Below, one piece after another: positions 36,518 to 45,600 of a DNA stretch of 49,565 bases. The stretch is taken from positions 1-49,565 of the forward strand of contig DATABZ010000336.1 of NCBI GenBank assembly GCA_036259315.1, in the 5' to 3' direction. The position numbers and the translations under genes were made by a program. The notes under the pieces are model-generated. The model searched no databases. It saw only the letters and a list, made by a program, of their open reading frames with translations, and had not been told where the DNA came from. Within the stretch, counting starts at the first letter, position 1; each line of letters begins with the position of its first letter. This stretch comes from Gemmatimonadales bacterium. Lineage in GTDB: Bacteria > Gemmatimonadota > Gemmatimonadetes > Gemmatimonadales > GWC2-71-9.

Positions 36518-37819
36518 ATGAGCACCGGAGCGAAACCGATCGATCCGGGCTGGCGAACCCGGGACATCCTCCGCGCGGCGGCGCTGGTGGCCGGCGTGTA
36601 CGTCGCGCTCCAGCTGTTGTGGGTGGGCCGGTCCGTCTTCCTCATCGGCTTCTTCGGCGTGCTCCTCGGGATCGTGCTGGCTGCCGGGGTGGACTGGCTC
36701 GAGCGGTATCGAGTGCCCCGGGGCGTGGGTGCCGTCCTCCTCGTGCTCCTGATTTTCGGGGCGCTGACGGGTCTCGGCCTGCTCACCGCGCCGCAGATCA
36801 GCCGGCAGTTGGGTGAGCTGCGGCAGCAGGTGCCGCAGGTGATCGACGACGTCGAGCGCTGGGTGCAGCAGCGGGGTGGGGGCGTCGCGGAGATCATCAA
36901 GGCCGCGACCGACACGTCGCCTCAGGCGAGTGACGCGTCCCGGCAGCAGGGAGACATTGCCCAGCAGCAGGAAGACACTGCCCGACAGCAGGAAGACACT
37001 GCCCGGCAGCAGGCCCGCCAGCAGGCCGACGCACCGCCCTCCGGCACGGCCGGCCGGCAGTCCGGTTCGGAGCGACAGTCCGACGCGTCCGCTCCGCAAG
37101 GCCAAGGCGACCGGCAGCAGGGCGGAGGGCAGGTGGACCTCCGGAAGGGGATCACCCAGCAGCTCGCGGGCGTGGGCCGCCACTTCTTCTCGGTCTTCTC
37201 GTCCACCGTTGCCGTGCTGGGCGGGCTGATCATCATGCTGTTCGTGGCGATCTTCGTCGCGGTGGATCCCGGTCTGTACCACCGCGGTCTGATGCATCTC
37301 TTCCCCCACCGGAGCCGACGCAAGGCGGGCGAGGTGCTGAGCGCCACCGCGACCACGCTCCGGCGTTGGCTCCTCATGCAGATGGTGGCGATGCTCGCGA
37401 TCGGCGCCGTGACGACGGTGGTGCTGCTGCTGCTCGACGTGAAGGCCGCGATCGCCCTGGGCATCATCGCCGGGCTGCTCGAATTCATCCCCTACGTAGG
37501 TCCGATTCTCTCCGCGGTGCCTGCGATCGCGATGGCGCTGGTCGACGGGCCCGAGAAGGCCATCTACGTCGCGCTCGCCTACACCGCGATCCAGCAGCTC
37601 GAAGGTGTGGTGCTCCAGCCGCTCCTGATGAAGGAGGGACTGGAGCTGCCGCCGGTCGTCACCATCCTGGGGCAGGCGCTATTCTCGCTGGTGTTCGGCT
37701 TCCTGGGGCTGCTGCTGGCGGTTCCCCTGTTGGCCAGCGTCATGGTCCCGCTCAAGCTGCTCTACGTGCGCGACGTGGTCGGCGACGAGGTGACGGTGCC
37801 CGGCGAGGAGAGTGGCTAG
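36518..37819 (+). CDS. AI-2E family transporter (PerM/UPF0118) with Gln-rich loop insertion
   Basis: 433 aa; TM-rich; C-terminal core LLEFIPYVGPILSAVPAIAMAL...QQLEGVVLQPLLM is the family signature. An ~80-aa Q/D/S-rich insertion lies between the helices. Confidence 0.85.
   Translation: MSTGAKPIDPGWRTRDILRAAALVAGVYVALQLLWVGRSVFLIGFFGVLLGIVLAAGVDWLERYRVPRGVGAVLLVLLIFGALTGLGLLTAPQISRQLGELRQQVPQVIDDVERWVQQRGGGVAEIIKAATDTSPQASDASRQQGDIAQQQEDTARQQEDTARQQARQQADAPPSGTAGRQSGSERQSDASAPQGQGDRQQGGGQVDLRKGITQQLAGVGRHFFSVFSSTVAVLGGLIIMLFVAIFVAVDPGLYHRGLMHLFPHRSRRKAGEVLSATATTLRRWLLMQMVAMLAIGAVTTVVLLLLDVKAAIALGIIAGLLEFIPYVGPILSAVPAIAMALVDGPEKAIYVALAYTAIQQLEGVVLQPLLMKEGLELPPVVTILGQALFSLVFGFLGLLLAVPLLASVMVPLKLLYVRDVVGDEVTVPGEESG
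36944..37006 (+). repeat. three 21-bp in-frame tandem units (QQGDIAQ / QQEDTAR / QQEDTAR)
   Basis: Units at 36944-36964, 36965-36985 and 36986-37006. The last two differ at 1 nt. Confidence 0.85.
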
Positions 37820-37848
37820 TTGGTGGACCACCACGAGGAGAGTGGCTG

Positions 37849-38640
37849 ATGGCGGAGCAACCGGAGGAGGGAACCCGCCTCACGGCGGCGCAGATCCACG
37901 AGAACGTGCTGCGGCCGGCGGAGCACGAGATCCGGCGCCCGGCCGCCGCCTTGCTCCTGTCCGCGCTCGCGGCCGGACTCGTCATCGGCTTCAGCTGCCT
38001 GGGAGCCGCGTTCGCGGCCGCGGTCGTGCCCGAGCCCTACAAGCACGCGGCAGCGGCCGCCGCCTACCCGCTGGGGTTCATCTTCGTGATCATGGCCCGG
38101 AGCGAGCTCTTCACGGAGAACACCCTCGTTCCCGTCATTCCGCTGCTGGAGCGTCGCGACCTCGAGACCCTGAAGCTGGTGGCCCGCATCTGGACCCTGC
38201 TGCTGGTGGGCAACCTGGTGGGCACCCTGCTGTTCGCCCTCACGCTGGCGCGAACCGACGTGCTGCGGCCCGAGTTCGCGACCGAGCTGCTGCAGATCTC
38301 CCGACAGGCCACGGAGGGCGAATTTCTCCAGACCGCCTATGCCGCGGTGTTCGCCGGATGGCTCATGGCTCTGCTCGCCTGGCTGCTCGCCTCCACGACC
38401 TCCACACTGGCGCAGATCGTGTTCATCTGGCTCTGCACCGCGCCCATCTCCGCGCTGCACTTCCGCCACTCGATCGTGGGCTCCACCGAGGCGTTCTACC
38501 GCGCCGCGCTCGGCGATGCGGGGTGGGGCGCCATGCTCGGGGACTTCGTCGTCCCGTCGGTGCTCGGCAATGCCGTCGGAGGAGTGCTGCTGGTCGCGCT
38601 GCTCAATTACGGACAGGTGCTGGCGGACCGGGAGGGCTGA
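37849..38640 (+). CDS. formate/nitrite transporter (FNT) family channel
   Basis: Start at MAEQPEEG (ATG 37849, GAGGAG RBS). 263 aa with six TM helices. FIFVIMARSELFTENT and HSIVGSTE motifs resemble FocA/NirC. Confidence 0.8.
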   Translation: MAEQPEEGTRLTAAQIHENVLRPAEHEIRRPAAALLLSALAAGLVIGFSCLGAAFAAAVVPEPYKHAAAAAAYPLGFIFVIMARSELFTENTLVPVIPLLERRDLETLKLVARIWTLLLVGNLVGTLLFALTLARTDVLRPEFATELLQISRQATEGEFLQTAYAAVFAGWLMALLAWLLASTTSTLAQIVFIWLCTAPISALHFRHSIVGSTEAFYRAALGDAGWGAMLGDFVVPSVLGNAVGGVLLVALLNYGQVLADREG

Positions 38641-38763
38641 AGCATGTGACGGGCCTCACGGCTCAGCCCGGCGGGCCCGCTCTACACTCCGAGATCCGAT
38701 GGCCGGCGCGGGAAGGTAAGCGCCGACCCGTGGGGCCCCGCCCCGCCTGCCCACGGTGACATC

Positions 38764-40722
38764 ATGACACGCCCGTACTCTCGCGGCTTTCTGCTTCGCG
38801 GCGTTCCCTTGCTGTTGCTTGCCGCCACCCTGACCGGGTGCGGCTCCGAGGCACCGCCCGGCGGTGGGGGCGCACGTCCGCCTGACGACGCCGCAGCAGG
38901 GGGAACCGCGGCAGGCGGCGGCGCCGTCGGCACCCGGACGACGGCTGAGCCGATGCTCCCACCCGGCGCAGACCAGGGCGAGTGGACCATTCCCGCGCGG
39001 GATTATGGCAGCACTCGCTACAGTCCCCTCGATCAGATCACGAGCGAAAACGTCCGTCAGCTGCGGCTGGCCTGGAGCTTCTCGACCGGGGTGCTCCGGG
39101 GCCACGAGGCCGCCCCGATCGTGGCGGACGGCACGATGTACGTGGTCACCCCCTGGCCCAACTACCTCTACGCGCTCGACCCCGTGACCGGCGAGCAGAG
39201 GTGGAAGTACGACCCGAAGACCGCGCGGGCCGCGCAGGGCGTCGCCTGCTGCGACGTCGTGAATCGCGGGGCCGCGTACGCGGACGGCCGCGTCTTCTTC
39301 AACACGCTGGACAATCACACCGTCGCGGTGGACGCGAAGAGCGGGAAGGAGATCTGGAAGGTCAAGCTGGGCGAGATCAACCGCGGCGAGACGATGACCA
39401 TGGCGCCGCTGGTGGTGAACGACAAAGTGTACGTGGGGAACAGCGGCGGTGAGATGGGCGTCCGGGGCTGGATCACCGCACTCGATGCCGCCTCCGGTGA
39501 GATCGCCTGGCGGGCCTACCACACCGGCCCCGACGAGGACGTGCTGATCGGACCCAGGTTCAAGCCGTTCTACCCCTCGCACCGGGGGAAGGACCTCGGC
39601 GTCACTACCTGGCCGCCCGACCAGTGGAAGCTCGGCGGCGGCACTGTCTGGGGCTGGATCTCCTACGATCCGGAGACGAACACCATCTACTACGGCACCT
39701 CGAATCCGGGCGTCTGGAACCCCGCCATGCGTCCGGGCGACAACAAGTGGTCCACGACGATCTTCGCCCGGGATGCGGATACGGGCGAGGCGCTCTGGGC
39801 GTACCAGACGGCGCCGCACGACGAGTTCGACTACGACGGAGTGAACGAGGTCGTCCTGCTGGAGCTCGAGATCGACGGACAGCCGCGGAAGGTCGCGGTC
39901 CGCCCCGGCCGCACCGGCTTCATGTACGTCATCGACCGCGCGACCGGCGAGGTGCTGTCCGCCGAGCCCTATGGCTACCTGAACTGGGCGAAGGGCATCG
40001 ATCTCAAGACGGGTGTGCCGATCATCAACGAGGAGAAGCGCACCGGCAACCGCTCCGCCACCAACATCTGCCCCGCGGCACCGGGCATGAAGGATTGGCA
40101 GCCGACGGCGTTCTCCCCGCGCACCGGGCTCCTGTACGTGCCGCACAACAACCTCTGCATGGACTACGAGGGTGGGGAGGCGGGCTACATCGCGGGAACC
40201 CCGTACGTGGGAGCCCGGGTCAAGATGTACGCGGGGCCTGGGGGGCACCGCGGAGTCTACAGCGCGTGGGACCCCGCCGCGCAGCGGGAGGTGTGGGCCA
40301 TCAAGGAGCGGTTTCCGGTGTGGAGCGGCACCGTGGTGACCGCTGGGGACGTCGCCTTCTACGGCACGATGGACCGCTGGTTCAAGGCGGTGCACGCCCG
40401 CACGGGTGAGCCGCTCTGGCAGTTCCGGGTGGGGTCGGGAATCATCGGGCAGCCGGTCACCTATCTCGGAGCGGACGGCCGGCAATACGTCGCCATTCTC
40501 TCCGGCGTGGGCGGCTGGGCGGGGGCGACGGCCCTGGGGCTCATGCCGGAGATCGATCCCTTCATCGCCCTCGGTTTCGGCAACGCCATGGCGGACCTGC
40601 CGCAGTACACGGCGCAGGGAGGCATGGTATACGTGTTCGCGTTGGAGCGGCCCGGTCGCCCGACCGCGGCATCGGGGGGACGGCGAGCCGGCGACACGAC
40701 GGGCCCGGCGGGCACGCGATGA
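38764..40722 (+). CDS. xoxF: PQQ-dependent alcohol/methanol dehydrogenase, XoxF-like (copy 2), lipoprotein-type signal
   Basis: 652 aa. Lipobox LTGC at residues 23-26, followed by an ~45-aa Gly/Ala/Pro linker. GVACCDVVNRGAAYADGRVFF. PHDEFDYDGVNE with the canonical XoxF DYD (D356/D358). C-terminal ~25-aa basic extension. Confidence 0.9.
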   Translation: MTRPYSRGFLLRGVPLLLLAATLTGCGSEAPPGGGGARPPDDAAAGGTAAGGGAVGTRTTAEPMLPPGADQGEWTIPARDYGSTRYSPLDQITSENVRQLRLAWSFSTGVLRGHEAAPIVADGTMYVVTPWPNYLYALDPVTGEQRWKYDPKTARAAQGVACCDVVNRGAAYADGRVFFNTLDNHTVAVDAKSGKEIWKVKLGEINRGETMTMAPLVVNDKVYVGNSGGEMGVRGWITALDAASGEIAWRAYHTGPDEDVLIGPRFKPFYPSHRGKDLGVTTWPPDQWKLGGGTVWGWISYDPETNTIYYGTSNPGVWNPAMRPGDNKWSTTIFARDADTGEALWAYQTAPHDEFDYDGVNEVVLLELEIDGQPRKVAVRPGRTGFMYVIDRATGEVLSAEPYGYLNWAKGIDLKTGVPIINEEKRTGNRSATNICPAAPGMKDWQPTAFSPRTGLLYVPHNNLCMDYEGGEAGYIAGTPYVGARVKMYAGPGGHRGVYSAWDPAAQREVWAIKERFPVWSGTVVTAGDVAFYGTMDRWFKAVHARTGEPLWQFRVGSGIIGQPVTYLGADGRQYVAILSGVGGWAGATALGLMPEIDPFIALGFGNAMADLPQYTAQGGMVYVFALERPGRPTAASGGRRAGDTTGPAGTR

Positions 40723-41570
40723 CGCGCCGGGCAGCAGCCGTCGGCCTCGTCGCCGCGCTCGCGGGCGCCACACTGGCTTCCGGCGCGTTGCCCGGTGACC
40801 CCGCCGCCGCCACGCCGGCCGGCGTCCTCCGCGTCTGCTCCGACCCCAACAACCTTCCGTTCTCCAATCGCGCGGGGCAGGGGTTCGAGAACCGCCTCGC
40901 CGAGCTCGTCGCGGCCGAGCTCGGAGCGCAGGTCCGCTACACCTGGTGGGCGCAACGGCGGGGATTCGTGCGCAACACCCTCGGCGCCGGAGCGTGTGAC
41001 CTCATCCCGGGGGTTCCGGCCGGCTACGAGCTGGTGGCCACGACCGAGCCCTACTATCGCTCCACCTACGTCTTCGTGACCCGGCGGGACCTGTCGCCGG
41101 CCATCGAGTCCATCGACGATCCCAGGCTGCACCGGCTCCGGATCGGCGTCCATTTGATCGGGGACGACTACGCCGCGCCGCCGCCCGCCACGGCACTCGC
41201 CCGGCGCGGCATCGTGGACAACGTGCGAGGCTACAGTCTGTACGGCGACTATCGGGAGCCGAACCCACCCGCCCGGCTGGTCGAAGCCGTGGCGAAGGGA
41301 GAGGTCGACGTGGCGCTGGTATGGGGTCCCCTCGGCGGCTACTTCGCCGAGCGGGAGTCGGCGCCGCTCCGGGTCACTCCGCTGCTGGAGCGTGGTGACG
41401 GCCCCGGCGTGCCCTTCGTCTTCGACATCGCGATGGGCGTGCGCCGCGGGGACTCGGCACTGGCCCGGAGAGTCGGCACTGTCCTGGACCAGCGGCGTAC
41501 CGAGGTCCGGCGCATCCTCGAGCGGTACGGCGTGCCGCTGGTTCCCGGTCGCCCGAAGGAGGCGACATGA
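40719..41570 (+). CDS. xoxJ: quinoprotein dehydrogenase-associated periplasmic binding protein (MoxJ/XoxJ family)
   Basis: ATGA overlap with xoxF copy 2. 283 aa; LRVCSDPNNLPFSN...GFENRLAELVA...CDLI...PYYRSTYVFV...VDVALVWGPLGGYF matches the MoxJ-type SBP signature as I recall it. Confidence 0.8.
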   Translation: MTRRAAAVGLVAALAGATLASGALPGDPAAATPAGVLRVCSDPNNLPFSNRAGQGFENRLAELVAAELGAQVRYTWWAQRRGFVRNTLGAGACDLIPGVPAGYELVATTEPYYRSTYVFVTRRDLSPAIESIDDPRLHRLRIGVHLIGDDYAAPPPATALARRGIVDNVRGYSLYGDYREPNPPARLVEAVAKGEVDVALVWGPLGGYFAERESAPLRVTPLLERGDGPGVPFVFDIAMGVRRGDSALARRVGTVLDQRRTEVRRILERYGVPLVPGRPKEAT

Positions 41571-42103
41571 TCCGCGCGCGCCCACTCGCCGCATCCGTGT
41601 TCTCGGCCCTGCTCGCCGGCTGCGGCGGCCAGGAATCGGCACCCGAGCCCGCCGCCAGCTGGCTGGCCGAGCCGCTCACGGCCGTGCAGACCAGCGCGAT
41701 CACCGCCGGCGCGGGGCAGACGCCCGTCGAGATCAAGAACCCCTATACCGACGATCCCGGTGCGCTGAGCCAGGGACGTCAGCTCTACAACGGGTTCAAC
41801 TGCGCCGGCTGCCACGGCTCAGCGGGCGGCGGCGGGATGGGCCCCCCACTGGCGGACCAGGACTGGATCTACGGCGGCTCCGACGCGCAGATCTACGCGA
41901 CCATCGTCCAGGGCCGGCCCAACGGCATGCCGGCCTTCGGCCACGCACTGACCGGTGAGGCGGTCTGGAAGCTCGCCGCGTACGTGAAGTCGCTCGGGCC
42001 GGGCACTGGCGAGAACCAGGGCGGCGGGGGTCAAGGCGGTGGGGAGCAGGGACGCGAGACGCAGGGCGGCGGGCAGCAGAGCGGCGGAACCCAGAGTGAT
42101 TGA
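41567..42103 (+). CDS. class I c-type cytochrome lipoprotein (XoxG-like role inferred) with Gly/Gln-rich tail
   Basis: ATGA overlap with xoxJ. Lipobox LAGC; heme motif CAGCH; GRPNGMPAFG. C-terminal tail GENQGGGGQGGGEQGRETQGGGQQSGGTQSD. Confidence 0.8.
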   Translation: MIRARPLAASVFSALLAGCGGQESAPEPAASWLAEPLTAVQTSAITAGAGQTPVEIKNPYTDDPGALSQGRQLYNGFNCAGCHGSAGGGGMGPPLADQDWIYGGSDAQIYATIVQGRPNGMPAFGHALTGEAVWKLAAYVKSLGPGTGENQGGGGQGGGEQGRETQGGGQQSGGTQSD

Positions 42104-43031
42104 CTGGTCCGCGGGCGCGGCGGCCGAGCAGATCGGCGATCTCTTCTGGACGATGACGACCCTGGGTGCCGTCATCTTCGTCATCTTCTGCATCGCCCTC
42201 GCCTATGCGCTCCTGCATCGGCGGCGTCCCCAGGACCCGGCGACACCCGAGCGCGACCGCAAGGGCACCCGGCTGATTCTGTGGCTCGGCGCCGTGGTGC
42301 CCGCGCTCATCCTCGTGCCGCTCTTCATCTGGACCGTGCAGACGCTCGCCGCGCTCGACCCACGCTCGCAACGGCCGGATCTCGTGGTGGATCTCGTCGG
42401 CAAGCAGTGGTGGTGGGAGATCCGCTATCGGGACAGCGTTCCGGGGAACGTCTTCGTCACCGCGAACGAGCTCCACATCCCCGTGGGGCAACGGGTCGAG
42501 CTGCGGCTCACCGCGACGGACGTGATCCACAGCTTCTGGGTCCCGGAGCTGCACGGGAAGACCGATCTCATCCCGGGCCGCGAAAACGTCACCTGGATCC
42601 AGGCCGATCGCCCGGGCGTCTACACCGGCCGGTGCGCCGAGTACTGCGGGATGCAGCATGCCAACATGGGGCTGCTCGTGATCGCCCAGACGCCCGAGGA
42701 GTTCCGGGCCTGGACCGCCGGGCAGCGCCGCACCGCCGCGGAGCCGCGCGACTCGCTGACCGCGAAGGGTCGCGAGGCGTTCCTCGGTTCGGCCTGCGCA
42801 CTGTGCCACCAGGTGCGGGGGACACCGGCGGGCGGGTACCTCGGCCCCGATCTCACCCATGTGGCGAGCCGGCGCACGCTGGCCTCGGCGCTGCTGCCCA
42901 ACACGCCCGGCCACCTCGGCGGGTGGATCGGGAACCCGCAGGCGCTCAAGCCGGGCTCGCGCATGCCGCGGGTCCCGATGAGCCGCGAGGAGTTCAGCCT
43001 CATCCACCGCTACCTCCAGACGCTGGAGTAG
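42096..43031 (+). CDS. ctaC: cytochrome c oxidase subunit II with C-terminal cytochrome c domain (caa3-type), copy 2
   Basis: GTG 42096 chosen because EQIGDLFW aligns with LDRLGELLY of copy 1; alternative ATG at 42153. CuA motif HSFWVP...CAEYCGMQHANM; heme motif CALCH. Confidence 0.85.
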   Translation: MIDWSAGAAAEQIGDLFWTMTTLGAVIFVIFCIALAYALLHRRRPQDPATPERDRKGTRLILWLGAVVPALILVPLFIWTVQTLAALDPRSQRPDLVVDLVGKQWWWEIRYRDSVPGNVFVTANELHIPVGQRVELRLTATDVIHSFWVPELHGKTDLIPGRENVTWIQADRPGVYTGRCAEYCGMQHANMGLLVIAQTPEEFRAWTAGQRRTAAEPRDSLTAKGREAFLGSACALCHQVRGTPAGGYLGPDLTHVASRRTLASALLPNTPGHLGGWIGNPQALKPGSRMPRVPMSREEFSLIHRYLQTLE

Positions 43032-43040
43032 GTTGCACCG

Positions 43041-45593
43041 ATGGCCACCACCGCCGAACGGCCGAGCGTAAGCGCGGAGCAGAAAGAGGGCTTCGAGCGC
43101 GCCTGGAGTCAGCCGACGGGGTTCCTCGGCATGCTGCAGACGATCGACAACATCCCGATCGCGCAGCGCTATCTCGCCACCTCGTTCGGCTTCTTCCTGC
43201 TCGGCGGGCTCCTGGCCGCGCTGATGCGGATCCAGCTCGGCACGCCCGACAATACCTTCCTCGACGCGGAGACCTACAACCAGATCTTCACGATGCACGG
43301 GACGACGATGATGTTCCTGTTCGTCATCCCGTTCATCGAGGCGCTCGCGACCTACCTGCTGCCGCTCATGCTGGGGACCCGGGACCTCCCGTTTCCCCGG
43401 CTGACCGCGCTGAGCTACTGGACCTACCTGTTCGGCGGGCTCCTGATCTACTCCAGCTTCCTGTTCGGCCTGGCGCCGGACGGCGGCTGGTTCGCCTACG
43501 TGCCGCTCACCAACAAGCAGTGGTCGCCCGGGCTCAACCTCGACTTCTGGGACATCGCGCTCAGCGTGGCCGAGATCGCGGCCATGGGCGCGGCGGCGGA
43601 GATCATCGTGTCGGTGCTCCGCACCAGGTCGCCGGGGATGTCGATCAACCGGATCCCCGTGTTCGGCTGGGCCATGCTGGTGACGGCCTTCATGATCATC
43701 TTCGGGTTCACGCCGCTCATCGTCGGCACCGCGATGCTGGAGCTGGACCGGAAGGGGCTCACCAGCTTCTTCGTGCCCGAGAACGGCGGTGACCCGCTGC
43801 TCTGGCAGCACCTCTTCTGGGTCTTCGGGCATCCCGAGGTGTACATCATGTTCCTCCCGGCGGTGGGGATCCTGACCCATGTCGTCCAGGTCTTCGCCCG
43901 GCGTCCGGTGGTGAGCTACACGCTGGTCGTGCTGGCGATCATCGCGACCGGGTTCCTCAGCTTCGGGCTCTGGGCCCACCACATGTACGCGACCGGCATC
44001 TCCCCCATGGCCCTGGGGTACTTCGCCGCGGCGAGCACCGTGATCGCGATTCCCACGGGCGTGCAGGTGGTGGGGTGGGTCGCCACCCTGTGGGTCGGGC
44101 GTCCGCTGTGGCGCACGCCGCTGCTGTTCGGCATCTCCGGGCTCGTCATCTTCGTGCTCGGCGGGATCACCGGCGTCATGGTCGCCTCGCCGCCGTTCGA
44201 CTTCCAGGCCCACGATTCCTACTTCGTCGTGGCGCACCTCCACTACGTGCTCATCGGCGGCACCGTCTTCCCGCTGTTCGCCGGCCTCTACTACTGGCTG
44301 CCCAAGATCACCGGGCGGATGATGGACGAGCAGATCGGCCTGTGGAGCGCGGTGGTCATGTTCATCGGGTTCAACCTGGCGTTCTTCCCGATGCACATCT
44401 CCGGGCTGCTCGGAATGCCCCGCCGGGTGTACACCTACCCGACCGAAGCGGGATTCGATACCTACAACCTGCTCTCCTCGATCGGCGCCTTCCTCTTCGC
44501 CGGCGGCGTGCTGCTCAGCCTGTTCAACTTCTTCCGCAGCCTGCGAGCGGGCCGGCCGGCCGGGGACAACCCGTGGAACGCGGACTCCCTGGAGTGGTCG
44601 AACTCGTCGCCGCCGCCGAACGCGCAGTATCCCCGCATACCCGTGGTGCGCGACCGCCACCCGCTCTGGGACGAGCACTGGCGGCAGGAGCGCATGCGGC
44701 CGGAGGAGACACCGGCGCGCACGGCCGAGGCGCAGGAGGACGTGGAGCAGATGGCCTACTGGCCGACCCGGTGGCGCGGCGCCCTGGTGGTCTCGGTGAC
44801 CGAAGGCCGGCCGCTCGCGGTCGTGCACATGCCGCGGCGGTCGTTCGCGCCGTTCATCATGTCGGTCGGCTTCCTGGTGTTGTTCGCGGCGCTCATCGTG
44901 GACCAGACCACGTTCATGGCGGTCGGGGCGGGCATCATCGCCGTGGCCCTGATCATGTGGTTCTGGCCCCAGGACACCGAGACTGCGGCCATGGAGGAGA
45001 TGTACGGCCCCGAGCCGAAGGAGCTGCCGCTCGCGCAGGCGGGACCGGCAGCCAACGGCTTCTGGGGCACCTGCGTCTTCCTGCTCATCATGGCGACCGC
45101 GCTCACCACGATCGTCGCGGGCTACTTCTATCTGGGCGGCAACGTGGCGCTCGACCTGGTCGGAAGCCCCGCCGAGCCGATCGAGCGGCCGGCGATCGCG
45201 GTCGGGCTGCTGGCGCTCGGGATGATTCCCGTCGTGGCCGGGATCCGCGCAATCGGGCGTCGGCGGCTCGGTCTGCTGCGCCTGGGTGTGACCGCCGCGC
45301 TGCTGCTCGCGGCGCTGCATCTCTGGCTCCTCATCGCCACGTGGCTCGGCAGCGGGCTCTCGCCCTCCAGTGACGCGCAGCACTCCGCGTTCGTCGGCGT
45401 GGCCGGGTTCCATGCCGTGCTCTCCGTCATTCTCCTGGTGATGACGGCGGTCGCGACGATCTGGGCCTGGCTCCGCCCGGCCGACGGGCGGGGCCACGCG
45501 GCCGCCTGGAACGCCGCGCTGGTGTACGGTTTCGCCATCGTGAGCGGCGTGATCGTCTTCGGCGTTCTCTATCTGGTCCCCCGCTTCGGTTGA
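43041..45593 (+). CDS. ctaD: cytochrome c oxidase subunit I fused to subunit III (copy 2)
   Basis: 850 aa. IFTMHGTTMMFLF, LFWVFGHPEVYIMF, GLWAHHMY, HDSYFVVAHLHYVL. The C-terminal ~300 aa aligns to the copy-1 subunit I tail plus the separate subunit III (GFWGTCVFLLIMATALTTIVAGYFYL vs MWWGTLGFMLIEGTTLFVCIASYFYL). Confidence 0.9.
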   Translation: MATTAERPSVSAEQKEGFERAWSQPTGFLGMLQTIDNIPIAQRYLATSFGFFLLGGLLAALMRIQLGTPDNTFLDAETYNQIFTMHGTTMMFLFVIPFIEALATYLLPLMLGTRDLPFPRLTALSYWTYLFGGLLIYSSFLFGLAPDGGWFAYVPLTNKQWSPGLNLDFWDIALSVAEIAAMGAAAEIIVSVLRTRSPGMSINRIPVFGWAMLVTAFMIIFGFTPLIVGTAMLELDRKGLTSFFVPENGGDPLLWQHLFWVFGHPEVYIMFLPAVGILTHVVQVFARRPVVSYTLVVLAIIATGFLSFGLWAHHMYATGISPMALGYFAAASTVIAIPTGVQVVGWVATLWVGRPLWRTPLLFGISGLVIFVLGGITGVMVASPPFDFQAHDSYFVVAHLHYVLIGGTVFPLFAGLYYWLPKITGRMMDEQIGLWSAVVMFIGFNLAFFPMHISGLLGMPRRVYTYPTEAGFDTYNLLSSIGAFLFAGGVLLSLFNFFRSLRAGRPAGDNPWNADSLEWSNSSPPPNAQYPRIPVVRDRHPLWDEHWRQERMRPEETPARTAEAQEDVEQMAYWPTRWRGALVVSVTEGRPLAVVHMPRRSFAPFIMSVGFLVLFAALIVDQTTFMAVGAGIIAVALIMWFWPQDTETAAMEEMYGPEPKELPLAQAGPAANGFWGTCVFLLIMATALTTIVAGYFYLGGNVALDLVGSPAEPIERPAIAVGLLALGMIPVVAGIRAIGRRRLGLLRLGVTAALLLAALHLWLLIATWLGSGLSPSSDAQHSAFVGVAGFHAVLSVILLVMTAVATIWAWLRPADGRGHAAAWNAALVYGFAIVSGVIVFGVLYLVPRFG

Positions 45594-45600
45594 GTGGCCC

